A stretch of DNA of 64,000 nucleotides from Lytechinus pictus (GCF_037042905.1 NC_087245.1:31746001-31810000); one strand, 5' to 3'; shown: positions 25,445-38,505, counted from the stretch's first letter. Notes: generated by a model from the sequence alone, not told the origin. Program-made: numbers and translations.

Positions 25445-27325
25445 GGTTAGATCTCCCCTTTAATATTGGCTTTGAATAGGCTAACATAAAAAAAAACACA
25501 AAGAAAGATATGAAAAATTAACCCCCCCAAAAAATTCAACTAACATATTAACTGGCCTACAGTCATCCTGTACACGGCTTTAGGCTATGAGGGCTTTCAT
25601 TTGAGGTATCCTCAGCTTAAAATTATGGATTCACATGGGATTAAAGGATTAGCTTTGAGGAGATCAGTAGTAGATATGAGATCATTCTCAAAGTTCCTTC
25701 CTTCTCCTCGACTTATTCCTCCCTTGTTCTGATGTAAACCAGAGCTTAATGCAGTACTCTTTCATGGATTCGGCTCCTTTCCTTTCATTTGGTGGCATAT
25801 TAATACTTGTTATTGTCTGTTGATCATGGCCACCCTGCACCATGGAAAGCAGTATCTTTGTGTCTTCTCATTGTACACACTTCTAGATAGATTCATATTC
25901 ATTCATTGATCCATATTAATAAATATAGAAATCTGCCCTCCACTGGCAGTACATACACAAGATATACGGAAGACAGTAATTTGGCACCATTAAATATTGA
26001 AAGAAATTAAATGAATAAATATTATTGAAATACAAATATAAAAAGAAATAATGTAATTCAATATCAATTTCAGTTTATTCAACCATAAAAATATAGATAC
26101 AAATATCATATTGTGTTCGTATGCAAAATGCTTGTCAAGAATGGCCAAAAAAACAAAAGTAACAAAATTAATAAACAACATACAAATGTAAGCAACATAA
26201 AAAGTGTTAGTTTAATTAAATGGATAAGTTATGTCTTTTCAGTATGGTTGCATGTAGGTATTGATTTAAACATTTGAGAAGGGCATCTCTTGTTATTAAC
26301 TACACTATGCAAAAACTGCTCATTAGTAAAATTTTAGATTTATTAACTTTTCAATATGTATGTTCATAAGATGAATCAACATTTCAAAACTCTCTTTTTA
26401 GTTAGTTTTGCTTTTGACTTTAATTTGATGTTCAATAATGTATATACATTTAGAAAGTGATATCGACAAAATAACACAAAAATATGTTGAATATATCCCC
26501 AATATTAATGTTTGAAAAAAGAATTAGATTTAGAGTTTGAATTTTCTTAATCTCCTACATTCATTACTTGTAATAACTACTATTGAAATCAATAAACAGC
26601 TGATATCTATCATTCAATGACATCCCATAGTTATTTTCACATGACCCTGTCTGTCTGTATCCTCTGTCAAGCTGAATTGGAAATATTTATTTATGGTAAT
26701 TCAATTATGCAATATATCCTGATTATTATTATTTTCTAAATTTGAATCCTTATAAAGTTGAATATTATTTATTTTGTGAATACGCTTTGATGCAGTATAA
26801 ATGACTGATGATTATTTTTTTATCCTTATATCGAGGTATTTTGAAATACATCATGTAAATATACTAACAATTTAAGAAGAAAAGTTCAATGCAACATTGT
26901 CATCACTTCCAGTATCACATTCCTTTCCTAACTTGCTTTTACATTTGCTTAAACTTTCCGAATACCAGACACACTTTGCCTACCCCACCCCCACGTGTCA
27001 TACCAATTAAAGATAAAACTTGTCAAGCTCTTATTAAAGGAAAATGAATGAAGAGAATGATATTACACTTTACAAAAATAGCTTGGCTTATGGAATCATT
27101 TCCCATCAACTGACGTAGGATGCAGGAAGCATTTTGTAGAATCATAATCTCCACCGGTCAGTCAGAGTAGAGGCGCTATCGGCCGTAGCAGGATATGATA
27201 CACTCATATGATGGACCACAGCAGTTATTCTGACAATCGGGGGGGGGGTGGGGGGGGGCCATCATGGACATGATTTGCTTTTTGAAAGGATATTCGCTCA
27301 GTGATGATGTGATTTATTGATAAAT

Positions 27326-27426
<101 letters not shown>

Positions 27427-29904
27427 GTGAAAGATCTAGAGAGAGAGAGATAAACACCATACAGACAGTATATTGAGTGAGTGGTTGATATAGAAATGAG
27501 AGAAGTGGTGTAGAATAGAGAAGAGGAAGATAATGATGATTGAGAGGAGGGATGATAAAGGAGGTGAAGAGGTTAGAAGAGAGAGAGAGAGAATGGATAA
27601 ATGGATTGTTTGATTGATAGATAGATAGATTGTTTTATTTATAGATAGATAGATAGAGTGAAAGATAGAGAAAAGGGAGAGAGAGAGAGATGTAGTGATT
27701 GAGAAAGAAAGAGGTAAAGAGAGATTTAAAAAAAATCATTTGAAATTGAAATTGGACTAGATGTGATGGTTATTCAATCAAAATGTCAAAAACTTGTCAA
27801 TTACATGTAAACATGAATATATTCCACATGCTAGAAAAATCTTGCTGTTTGATTTGTAAATAAATGATAATCAATTCTGGATTCATCCTATTTGTTCATT
27901 AATTAGTTACATGCCTTTACATATATGCAGTCCCCTCAACTTTATTCAATAATATTTTATTTTTTGGCAGAAATTTTTACTTTCCTCATATTTTCTGAAA
28001 GTGATTAGATACATTTCTTTGGGATAAGTGCAACAAAAAAACACAAGTTGTTATTAGTATTAGTAGTTATCATTATCCCTGAAAACGCTATTTGAAAAGC
28101 CATGTCATCAGACTAGCTACCCTGTAATCAAACCTTGCCTAGGCAATCTCCCACAGAACAATACCTTCTCCCTTCCTACCATGTACTTATAGTCACTTAG
28201 GATGTTTCTTGTGTCCAGAATATTTTTTGCCTGAAGCAGTGTACAGTGAATATTTCATTTTCATACCGACCACAAGATGACAATAGGAAGAAAAAAAATC
28301 AGTAATTCCCCTCCATTATTTCAGGTAAAATTCAAACCAAAATTAATCAGCATTCCTAATAAGTTGGCTTGACCTTTATGTAGTCTACATCCTGTTGTGG
28401 AGGAAACTACTCTTCGACATATCATGCTATCAATTTTTTATGTCTTTGGACCACCAACCAGCCCTCACCTATTTCCTTTGGCAGTTCAGTATGCATTGTC
28501 TCTTGCCTTGCATGTGCAGCAACGTCCTCTGCACGATAAAAATTTCCTATTTTATAAACAGAGCGATCAATGCATGCCCTAATTTGGCACAGCTTTGGCT
28601 CTTCGATACCTGATCTGTTCAGGCAGTTGTTGGTAGTCTGTATTGTCTCATTATTTCGAATGTCTGCTTCCTTGTAGATGTCTGCAGCATTCGTGTTTAT
28701 AGGATGTCCGTGATAACATGTGGCAGCATGTTCAATTTCTACGAATTGCATCTCAAAGAAACCTGACTTTCTTTCAAAGGCAGTGCCGTACCATCCTGGT
28801 TTCTTGCAGAGTTTACCAGAGGTCAAGGAAATAGTACAAATATTTTCAGGAAGTATTTACGGTGGACAACGCAGATCTGTCATACCGGCGCAACAAACTG
28901 GGTGTCTTGAATCCCTTGTTGTACGGGAACACATCAGATATCAAACTCTTGTGTCCGGATTGGAATATGCATTATGATTAAAGAGCTTTGAAACTAGTCC
29001 ACACCGAGTTTATCGACATTCTGCACACTGCTATCCTTGTCAAAGTAATAAGGACGTTCTGACAGAGCATTGCCAAAGAGTTGTACGTAAGAGGGACTTC
29101 GCCAAGAAGCCGAAGGTTTATTGCCATTGATTCTTGAAACAACTGACATTCTACAGACTTGATGTCACATGAGCGGGTTGGTTTGGACACGACTGGATCA
29201 ATTAATTGGTATTACTCATTTCAGCCTGATCTTATTACTTTCCAGTGGAGCTAGTATTGGTGTACCAAGAGATAGAAGATTAACAGCAGCGGCACGAAGT
29301 TTGAATCATCTTCCTACATGCAGGAGATGACCCCACTGTCTTATGGATTTTGATCATCATTGCTTTGCTTTGCTCTCAAGAACTTACAATTTTCTTCATG
29401 GTTTCTCATATTCTGGTAGTCAAGATTGAAGAAGTGTTGTGAAGATCAGGATCAAGATATACCTTTATAAAAAAAAAAAAATCTATTTTTGTTTCAACAC
29501 CTGGAACCAATTGTTTATTTGTTTTCTTGTCCTATGAGAAACTCTCCTATGATCTGAAGATCTTGTTAGTGACCAATATTTCTCTTGACCTTGTACTGAA
29601 ATCAACATCATTTCTTTTGACGTTGGTTTGGATTGACATTTACTTCAAGCACCTGTTACGGTTTATTTTGATGACACTATCTACATGTACCTGTACATGT
29701 ATATTCCTACCACCATCCCTTTGTGCTGCTTTTAAGCAATCAGCGGTGTTAGGTTACCCCGCTACCTCAGATTGCCTCTGTTTGGATTATAGGGATTATA
29801 CTCCAGGAATTATGTCCATGAAATCGTTCTATTTCTGATTGCGTATCCTATCCTTATTTCTTGTAAATTGATCCCCCCAAAAGAGCAAGTAGTGTTGTTT
29901 CTCC

Positions 29905-29973
29905 ATGATTGCCAAAATGATGCTTGGATTGTGTAGTTTTCTGTCGAGGAAGAGATCGAAAGCGAGACTTCAG
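29905..29973 (+). CDS. Candidate alternative first coding exon: MIAKMMLGLCSFLSRKRSKARLQ
   Basis: ATG-initiated 23-codon frame ending at donor CAG|GTAATT in phase 0, compatible with the exon at 31257. No transcript evidence. Confidence 0.4.
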
Positions 29974-30617
29974 GTAATTTGTGTACTGTTAATTGCTTTT
30001 GTATTGAAACAAAGCACCATGTTTCTCTTGAATATATCTATGTTTCACCCTCTTTGGAGTTGTTTAAGATGAATTTTGACAAAAATTGAGATCATATCCT
30101 TGAGTCAACATTTTCCTGTTGGTCATTCAAGTATATTTCAGTCTAATACATGACACATAATTGTTGGTAATGTCTACATATGGATGTGTACAACTGTGTG
30201 TGACATTTTCGTATCTCTCATTTGCATATATATATCTTGCTTGTTGTGCATATAGATGTTTTGTGAATATAAAGAAAAATTTTAAATGACTTGACTCAGC
30301 ATTTTGCTTGTGTGATTTTTTCTCAATTTATTAAAATCCATTTTTTTTTTTGGGGGGGGGGGTTGGAAGACTTGCCCTTAAAGGTATACATTATGAACAT
30401 CCTCATGAGCACTCCCTACTAAGTAATTGATTATTTATCATACTCTTGTGAAAAGAAATATGGAACTGATCAATTTCACACATTTATTTTGGATTTATAT
30501 GACTAGGTTCCAAAGGATGGGATCATATTTCACCATAATATTATTTCTTGACCGTTCACCAAGAGGAATAAACACCTAGTAGCAGTTTTGTTTTGATTAT
30601 GTTTTGTTACTTACCAG

Positions 30618-30748
30618 GGCCCCGTAACACAAAGATAAGCAATAAATTTTACAGTGAATGTGTAATTGATTGCATATATAGTGATCGATGTACTCAAGAG
30701 TTAAAATCAGCACTTTGATCGAACACTAAAGTTTGTGTGACAAGGACC
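30618..30748. mobile_element. Harbinger-like MITE (GGCCCGTAACACAAA family)
   Basis: cag|ggcccgtaacacaaag ... tttgtgtgacaaggacc. Confidence 0.6.
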
Positions 30749-31256
30749 GGGAATAAACATCTGGTAAACAATCAGTTTTGAGAGCTTATAGAAACTCAAA
30801 TAGGCAATTCATCATTTTGTTTTCTGGAAGTTTAGATTTCTTCATGAAGGTTGTTTTTTATGGAAATTAATATTAAAGTTATTAAAAGGAAAGTAGATTT
30901 CATGACAAAGTCTTAAAAGTTAAGTCAATTGTCACCATATCATGATCTGGTTTATTTACATATATCCAACTCTGTGAAATCTTGAAAACCTGAAGAAAAA
31001 AACGACCATAATGAAAATCACCAACACAGAGAAGAACATGTTGTACAATGTATTATTATTGCTTGGAAAAAGACCCGATATCTGACCGAAATGCCTTGCT
31101 TATTTTTAAAAATTTTTAGCAAGTATACATTTTCTACCAGAATTTTTGCCCCATATTTTGTGTATTTATACCGTATAAACGTTTTCAGATCATTACCCGA
31201 CTGGCATTTATGTTTAATAATACAATACATTTTTGTTTTTTCTTTTGTGTGTATAG

Positions 31257-31328
31257 GACCTACATGGTGCTGATGAAGTCTTTTTAAGGCAAGAAGATCT
31301 ATTCAAGAGCCTTGCTACAACCCTACCA
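31257..31328 (+). CDS. ARHGAP18: RhoGAP exon: DLHGADEVFLRQEDLFKSLATTLP
   Basis: T-rich tract plus tag acceptor, donor CCA|GTAAGT, 72 nt, phase 0/0. It joins in frame to NITIAKD of the next, clearly homologous exon. Confidence 0.85.
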
Positions 31329-31377
31329 GTAAGTACCTTTTCAGATTGATTAGCCTTTGTAAAATATTAGTCATATG

Positions 31378-33170
31378 AAGGAAGTGGTGTTGCGGTCTAG
31401 GTAGGTGGTAGAATACGTCCTGGACATTGTAGGGCGATAAATCAGACCACTATATCTGCTGTAGATGTAGATGGATATAGTTATGTAGACCCACTGCTTC
31501 CAAAGGGTCCAGCGCAACATACATTGCACCCAAGGGTTCATTACATGCCACCGCGCACAGAAAAATCAAGCCGTAGAAGTCGTGTGTTGTGGACCCAAGA
31601 AGTGAGATCCCAACACGCGCGACCCACTAGTTAGAAATCCACTGCCAAACGCGGTTCGTGGTGCGAGGTTAGTATACTAATATACTAACCTCGCAATACG
31701 TGTGAGTGCATACATTGTAGACACCAATACCCTTTGATATAAAGGTATTAAACTACAATTGACTCTGTCTACCCAGGGAGAGGTGAATCAGACCACTATA
31801 TCTGCTGTAGATGTAGATGGATATAGTTATGTAGACCCACTGCTTCCAAAGGGTCCAGCGCAACATACATTATAGACACCAGTACCCTTTAATAAAGTAT
31901 GAAACTACAATTGACGCTCTCTACCTGGGAGACCTGAATCAGACCACTATATCTGCTGTAGGTGTAGAAGGATATAGATTTGTAGGTTCAAGACCCACTG
32001 CTTCCAAATGGTCCAGTGCAACATACATTGTAGACACCAGTACCCTTTAATAAAGTATGAAACTACAATTGACGCTGTCTACCTGGGAGACCTGAATCAG
32101 ACCACTATATTTGCTGTAGGTGTAGAAGGATATAGTTTTGTAGGTTCAAGACCCACTGCTTCCAAATGGTCCAGTGCAACATACATTGTAGATGCCAATA
32201 CCCTTTAATATAAAGGTATTAAACTACAGTTGACACTGACAGTGGTGTATAGTGGTCATTGTAGACACCAATACCATTTAATAAAGTATTAAACTACAAT
32301 TGACACTGTCTACCCAGGAGAGGTGAATCAGACCACTATAACTGCTGTAGGTGTAGAAGGATATAGTTATGTAGGTTCAAGACCCACTGCTTCCAAAGGG
32401 TCCAGCGCAACATACATTGTAGATGCCAATACCCTTTAATATCAAGGTATTAAACTACAATTTACATGTACACTGTCTACCCAGGAGAGGTGAATCAGAC
32501 CACTATATCTGCTGTAGATGTAGATGGATATAGTTATGTAGACCCACTGCTTCCAAAGGGTCCAGCGCAACATACATTGTACACACCAATACCCTTTAAT
32601 AAAGTATGAAACTACGATTAACACTGTCTACCCGGAGAGGTGAATCAGACCACTATATTTGCTGTAGGTGTAGAAGGATATAGTTTTGTAGGTTCAAGAC
32701 CCACTGCTTCCAAAGGGTCCAGCGCAACATACATTGTAGACACCAATACCCTTTAATAAGGTATGAAACTACAATTGACACTCTCTACACAGGAGAGGTG
32801 AATCAGACCGTTATATCTGCTGTAGATGTAGATACAATTATCTGGGTATGAGACCCACTACTTCCAAAGGGTCTTGTGCAGCTTAGCCACCAGTTTCCGT
32901 TAACAAGTTATTAAACTACAATTGACGCTCTCTACCTGGGATACCTGAATCAGACCGCTTTATCTGCTTTAGATATAGATATAGTTATTTGGGTTCAAGA
33001 CCCACTGCAAGTGCAGTGGAGGCACCACTACCCTTTAACAAGGTATTAAACTAGAATCGACACTTTCTACCCAGGAGAGGTAAATGGATACCCAGTAAGA
33101 ATAGATTCTTGGAATGATGTAGTACCCTTTCATTGCAGCCAAGCTTTTGTTGGGGTTATAATATGTAATA
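31378..33170 (+). repeat. SINE-derived tandem array, nine ~147-167 bp units plus one partial unit
   Basis: The unit marker atcagacc occurs at 31441, 31787, 31938, 32096, 32327, 32494, 32644, 32802 and 32949. Several units contain GGTTCAAGACCC, and the CTACCCAGGAGAGG-type motif recurs throughout. Confidence 0.9.
31527..31708. mobile_element. 182-bp insertion with exact 9-bp target duplication and perfect subterminal hairpin
   Basis: catacattg at 31518-31526 and 31709-31717; the other full array units carry it once at most. Hairpin at 31662-31695. Confidence 0.8.
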
Positions 33171-33559
33171 TTATGCATGGTAGATTCGGTTCATGCTGTT
33201 GTTAATTTATATGAATAGTCATGAAGTTTTGCTAAAATAATGATAATATTCAGTGCTTGTATAGCGTATGTCACATACCATTTAACTTTTCTTTATGCTT
33301 CCAACGGACTTGGATATATTTGTAATGATAGATTTTGAACACAGTTGAATTTCATTTGTTTTTAATATTGCAAAATTAATATTATGAATTTTGTTTCACT
33401 CTTGGCTAATTAGTTTCCATTAATTACTCCAAAACACATTTCGGTAAGGATGTGATAAAGTTTTGTTATTTGTTTTATATTATACAGGTATTTTGTTTAT
33501 GTGGATAGGAATGATTTTGTTTTAATGTTTTTTTTTTTTTTTTTTCTTGTCTTTTTCAG

Positions 33560-33728
33560 AATATCACTATTGCCAAAGATGCACAGGGTACCACCCCAGT
33601 AGAATTCCTATCAGGAAAGGATGTTGATAAAGTGAGGAAGATAGCTCTGATAGAGCTGACGGCCATGTTTGACAGGATGGGCATCGAGTTTGAACCCATC
33701 AGAAAATCAACCAAGAGGAGAGTCAAAG
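33560..33728 (+). CDS. ARHGAP18: RhoGAP exon: NITIAKDAQGTTPVEFLSGKDVDKVRKIALIELTAMFDRMGIEFEPIRKSTKRRVK(E)
   Basis: The KD-x-x-GTT...D-x-x-KV-x-x-x-ALIELTA-x-x-D motif is characteristic of the ARHGAP18/28/40 pre-GAP region. Canonical splice sites. Confidence 0.95.
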
Positions 33729-34629
33729 GTAATAAAATCTTTTTCATTTGTACTTTTGAAGCCACTTAAGATTTTGCTTCAATATGTAAAGTTGCAGGTG
33801 AATAGGGTGGATATTCTAGTCGTTTATTCAACCTATGTAGAGTCTACTGTTGAAATGCTCTATTTACTTCAATAATTTGAGGCGTCTATTTGATTTTGCT
33901 AGTTATGTCTTAATATGTTAAATCTATGTGCAACTTGAAAACTCAAGTTATGAAAAAAAAGAAATAAGTATTCATTTCACACACTTGTAAAGGTCACAAA
34001 GTGAAAAATCAAAGTTCATCTTTAGTAATGTAATGAACTTCGATGAAATGTAACAAGCTCATTCCTTAAATTTGATCTTGATTTCAAAAGTAATAATTAC
34101 CGGTATACACTACTGTGTTACTCACCAAATATCAAATGAAATATTGATCACAAATTGATGAGTACTAAGTTCTTGTGAAATTGGTATAAATGCTGCCATG
34201 GTAAAATGTGCATTGAAAGCCTTGTTGAAGCAATTCACTTCCAATACGTTAAGGGCCTCAATCCTCAATGTTTTAAAATATATGCTTGCAAATTGCGCCC
34301 TAATTGTGACTGTCACTGATGCACGTTAATCGTGAGAGATTGGTCGACCACAGTGTACTTTACACACTTCAGTTTTCACCTATAGTTCGACTGATTAATC
34401 CTTCTTATTACCTGTGCTTGGTTTTTATCATTCAGAGGAATATTTCTTTGATCTAACAACTCTTATTTGCGGCCCATGCAATCATGTACATCTCAGGAAA
34501 ATGTGGTCGACCCAAAAGCCCCTCACGATAATGAAAATCTGTGGCATGTATAGTATGAAATGCCCAAATCAAACTATCAAATAGAAACAATTATCATTTT
34601 TCTTCTTTGTTTGTGGCTTCTTTGTACAG

Positions 34630-34721
34630 AGAATGGTGTATTTGGTGTTCCTTTAAGAAACCTCATTGCCAACGATAGAATGTGGAGCCCAGAAACAACC
34701 ACACCTCTCTTTCTCCAAAAA
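34630..34721 (+). CDS. ARHGAP18: RhoGAP exon, start of GAP domain: (E)NGVFGVPLRNLIANDRMWSPETTTPLFLQK
   Basis: FGVPL motif; cag acceptor and AAA|GTAAGT donor; phase 1/0. Confidence 0.96.
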
Positions 34722-35139
34722 GTAAGTATGAGGTACTGTAAAGGACTTTCACATGTCATTGATATATAAAGTTCTACTTAATTATGATCTGATTGTCATG
34801 ATTTATATTAAGAGTCACAAATGATAGTAAACACATTTTTAATGGCAACAAATATGTTCAAGGAAGAGTGATAATACCCACCCTAAATAAAAGGTATTTT
34901 CTGAATTGAAAGGTTTTATTGTGAACATGATAAACAGCTACACTGGAGAACTGTTATGACAGAAAGTGTTTCTTTCAGCATAATATTGTTAAATGGGGCA
35001 GAGCTCAGCTGCTGAAATAATTTTGAAAGTATGGGTATTACTGTTTGATAATACAAAAGAAAATTGAGTTCACTGTGTATATCAAAGGAGAATGACATGA
35101 ATAGAACTTGACCTAGGACATTGATACTGGTCAGACACC

Positions 35140-35323
35140 AGTGGCGGGTCCAGGCGGGGGCCCAAGGGGTACATGCCCCTCTATATTTTGAAAATTGCCC
35201 AGTGAACATATATGAAAGTATTGATATGGCTAAATCTAAAAAATTATAATGTGCTCACCGTCTTGTTTAAAATTTGCTCCATGTGCCCCCTTTCATATGT
35301 TTCAAACTCCTGTATCCACAACT
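35140..35323. mobile_element. Degenerate CAGTGGCG-type (hAT-like) MITE
   Basis: cagtggcgggtccagg ... cctgtatccacaactg. A similar element lies at ~38819-39138. Confidence 0.5.
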
Positions 35324-36126
35324 GGACATATCAACATATAATATATTAGAATTTCTTTAAATTTTTCTTGAGAAATCAATTATTTTCAAATGCATTGAGA
35401 ATCAATCAAAGCTATTCTATTCATTATAAAATATATTTGTGTAAATATTCAGTTTTCTCTTTTAATGTAATATCAAGGCATTATATGTCCCAATTATTTT
35501 GGACAAGGTCTTACATTTTTCCTTGTTTGCGATGTTGCCCGTGGTGATTGTTTTATAATGAAACCTACTTTGTTTTGAAACCTACTTGAATCACTCTCCC
35601 ATGGTCATGAAAGTGTGAACTATAGTCAAGGCTATGGGAGTACATGTATGTTGTATGCACATGTACATGTATCATATGAAGTACTTACTTTATAGATAAT
35701 TGATATATAGCATTTAAAGTACGCCTTATATTGAGTTACTTATTCAGAGGCGCAGAGGAAATATATTATGGAGAAGGGGATTATTCGAAATATGACAAAA
35801 ATAATTATGTTTTAAAATTGGATTTGAATGATTCTGTAGACTACATATTGCAAATAGTTTGAAGAGAGTGCATCCAACATAGTGGGAGCACTTTCAGCCA
35901 AAGTCTTTTCACCTAATGAGCATTTGACTCACTCAAAATGCTTTATAAGAAATTGACTGATCTTGCAAATCAGTTACCTATTCACATTCAACAAAATTGA
36001 TTTGCCATTTTCATGCATTTTAAATACATGTACACACATAAATAGGTTCTCTCTGTCATTGACGCTTGGTCTTTACAAAATTTGTATGACTTTGTACTCA
36101 TGTAGGTACACGGGAAGGACCTTTAA

Positions 36127-37044
36127 GGACGTTCCACAGTTAAAGTGAAATCCATGTCATTTTTACAAAACTTTGCACATAGATACTTTAGAACCTTAAT
36201 ATTCGAAATATGCAAAAATTAACATAGGTCCATGTGCTTGATTTTTTGCTATAGAGCTTCAAAGTTCACCCAAATTGATGTTCTTAACAATTGCGCATTC
36301 AAAATAATTTGGCATTTTTAGACCGCCCAAGATTACTACAATGAGTTTAAACCTCCATTACTCATTCAAAATACATGAAAAAGTCATCAAATTTCGCAAG
36401 AGAGTTAATAATTGTATCGTTAGAATGGAGAATCTATTAATAGTGCTATTTGTTTGCAATTTTAAGTTTAACAGCACTGTCAGTTCTTAAAAATGGCGTA
36501 AAAGATAACAAAATCCCAATCTAAAAAATGTAAAATTTCAGTAACAAACTACAAACGTACAATAAATGCTGCACTTTATTCAAAATCCATGTCATTTTCA
36601 CCAAAATTTGCAGAGTTGTAGAGGAAGGTATACCTAAGAGGTACAAACATTAAAAAATAGGGGTTCATGTGCTTGTTTTTAAACTATCAGCATTTTTATT
36701 AGAGCAAATGTGCTTTTTAAAACACCAAAAATGGGCCGAATGCTTAGTATCTATGTGAAGAAAAAATCAAAACCACTCTACCATTTATTCAAACTCGGGC
36801 TAATATTCCTGATTCTTTGTATTTTGAAATTGTAGAGAATATTTTTTTGAATGGTCCATGGAATAATTCAATTTTTTTGCTTCATGAAATAACGCATCGG
36901 ATCTGCAGTTAAAGTGCAGAAGATGAGAAAAATCAGCTCATACCCGCAGCTAATTAATCACCTGTTCATCCATTGTGACGTCAGCGCGCAGAGTGTAAAC
37001 TATGCGCAGATCATAATGCGCACAAATATAACTGTGGAACGTCC
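36127..37044. mobile_element. 918-bp non-autonomous DNA transposon, TTAA target (Kolobok-like)
   Basis: TTAA|GGACGTTCCACAGTTA ... TAACTGTGGAACGTCC|TTAA, a perfect 16-bp TIR. Internal direct repeat aaatccatgtcatttt...catgtgcttg. Confidence 0.9.
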
Positions 37045-37328
37045 TTAAATGATTGTATTTTACATCAAGAGAAATAACTACTGGGGTAGATTAATGCACA
37101 GTGTTTAAGGCAGACAGTTGCAAAAGCAGTCATTTTTTTTAATAATTTGCTTTGTAATTGTCTTGCTATTCATGAATTTTTAACTTAACCCTTTCAGCAT
37201 GTGCTGCTGGTCGATATTTATATTCATTTGTATATACTGATATGTATTTCATTGATTAGATATACGCATTCCATGGTTGTATGTTTTATGTTGGTAAAAT
37301 ATATTTAATCATTTATTTCTCATTTCAG

Positions 37329-37406
37329 TTAATAGGTTACTTAGAAATCCATGGTTTAAATGAAGAAGGAGTGTTGAGAGTACCAGGTTCATCAGCAAGG
37401 ATAAAG
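37329..37406 (+). CDS. ARHGAP18: RhoGAP exon with catalytic arginine finger: LIGYLEIHGLNEEGVLRVPGSSARIK
   Basis: GL-x-x-EG-x-x-R-x-x-G RhoGAP motif; cag acceptor and AAG|GTAATG donor; phase 0/0. Confidence 0.97.
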
Positions 37407-38468
37407 GTAATGAAAGCCATTGATTAATTCATTCTTTAATCAATCTATTCATTCATCCATCCATCCATCCCTCTGAAGCGGGGGTTGGTTATAAGCCATT
37501 CATATAATATTAGATTATTCATCTGAGAATTACAGATGCATTAATGTAGAAATTACTCACTGGTTGAGGGTTTCTTATGTATTGATTGGGTGAATGATTA
37601 ATTGATTGATTCATTAATTGATTCATTAACTTATTGATTCAATGATTCGTTGATCTATTGAGTAATTAATTGATTGATCCATCCATTCACACATTCATTC
37701 ATTTCTTCATTCGTCCACTCATTAATCCATGTTAGATGACATAGTCATGATAAATATATCAATATCTCTTGCTATCATGATAGCCACTTACAGAGAAATT
37801 TACATTTCTGTCATGAAATGCATTTCTCTATAAGGTTGGTGGAGTTCACTTTCACTGACTAGAGAGAAATAGAATGAAATGTAATCTAACTAAAACAATG
37901 GAATGACCTACATCTAAGATATTTAAGCAAACACATATTATCAAGTGTTATAGTGTGAATGGGATATGTTGTTTCAAACCTGAGTGTTTTTGCCTGTAAT
38001 TGTTTCCCTTGAATGCTATCACAATTATGAAAAGAGCCAAACTGACCTTACAATAATCACCAGGTTTCCTGTATCACAAAGCAAAGCGATTGATCGTACT
38101 GTTTATTTTTATGATCGATTGCACCCAATGACCAATGTAATTAATCGTTAAAATCAGCACTACGATCAATTGATTAACTTTGTGTTACGTTACCCAGGTA
38201 TTAGCTTTCACTTCTCACTTATGATGGACAGAGTGGATTATATTCTCAGCATTGTGCAAATATATTGTAGTCCATGTTCGTGACAGGCGTATCCTAAGTC
38301 CACTTGGGGGGGGGGTAGAATTTAGTTTAGGGCACCAGAGATACTCGGGCATGAGGAAGAAAAATTACATAACAAGCAGGTGACAAAGGGGATAGGGAAC
38401 ACAACCTTTGATTGTTTTGAGGTAGGGGATCTTTAATACTTTCTATTAAGGGTAAGAACAGAAATTTG

Positions 38469-38505
<37 letters not shown>

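Noticed and set aside
31662..31695. CRESS-DNA virus origin of replication
   Set aside because: The loop does not contain the NANTATTAC nonanucleotide on either strand, and there is no Rep gene nearby.
31441..33080. CRISPR-like array (repeats with an acquired 'spacer' in the first unit)
   Set aside because: Units are ~150-bp contiguous tandem copies without unique spacers. The single insert has a 9-bp target duplication typical of transposition. The context is a eukaryotic intron with no cas genes.
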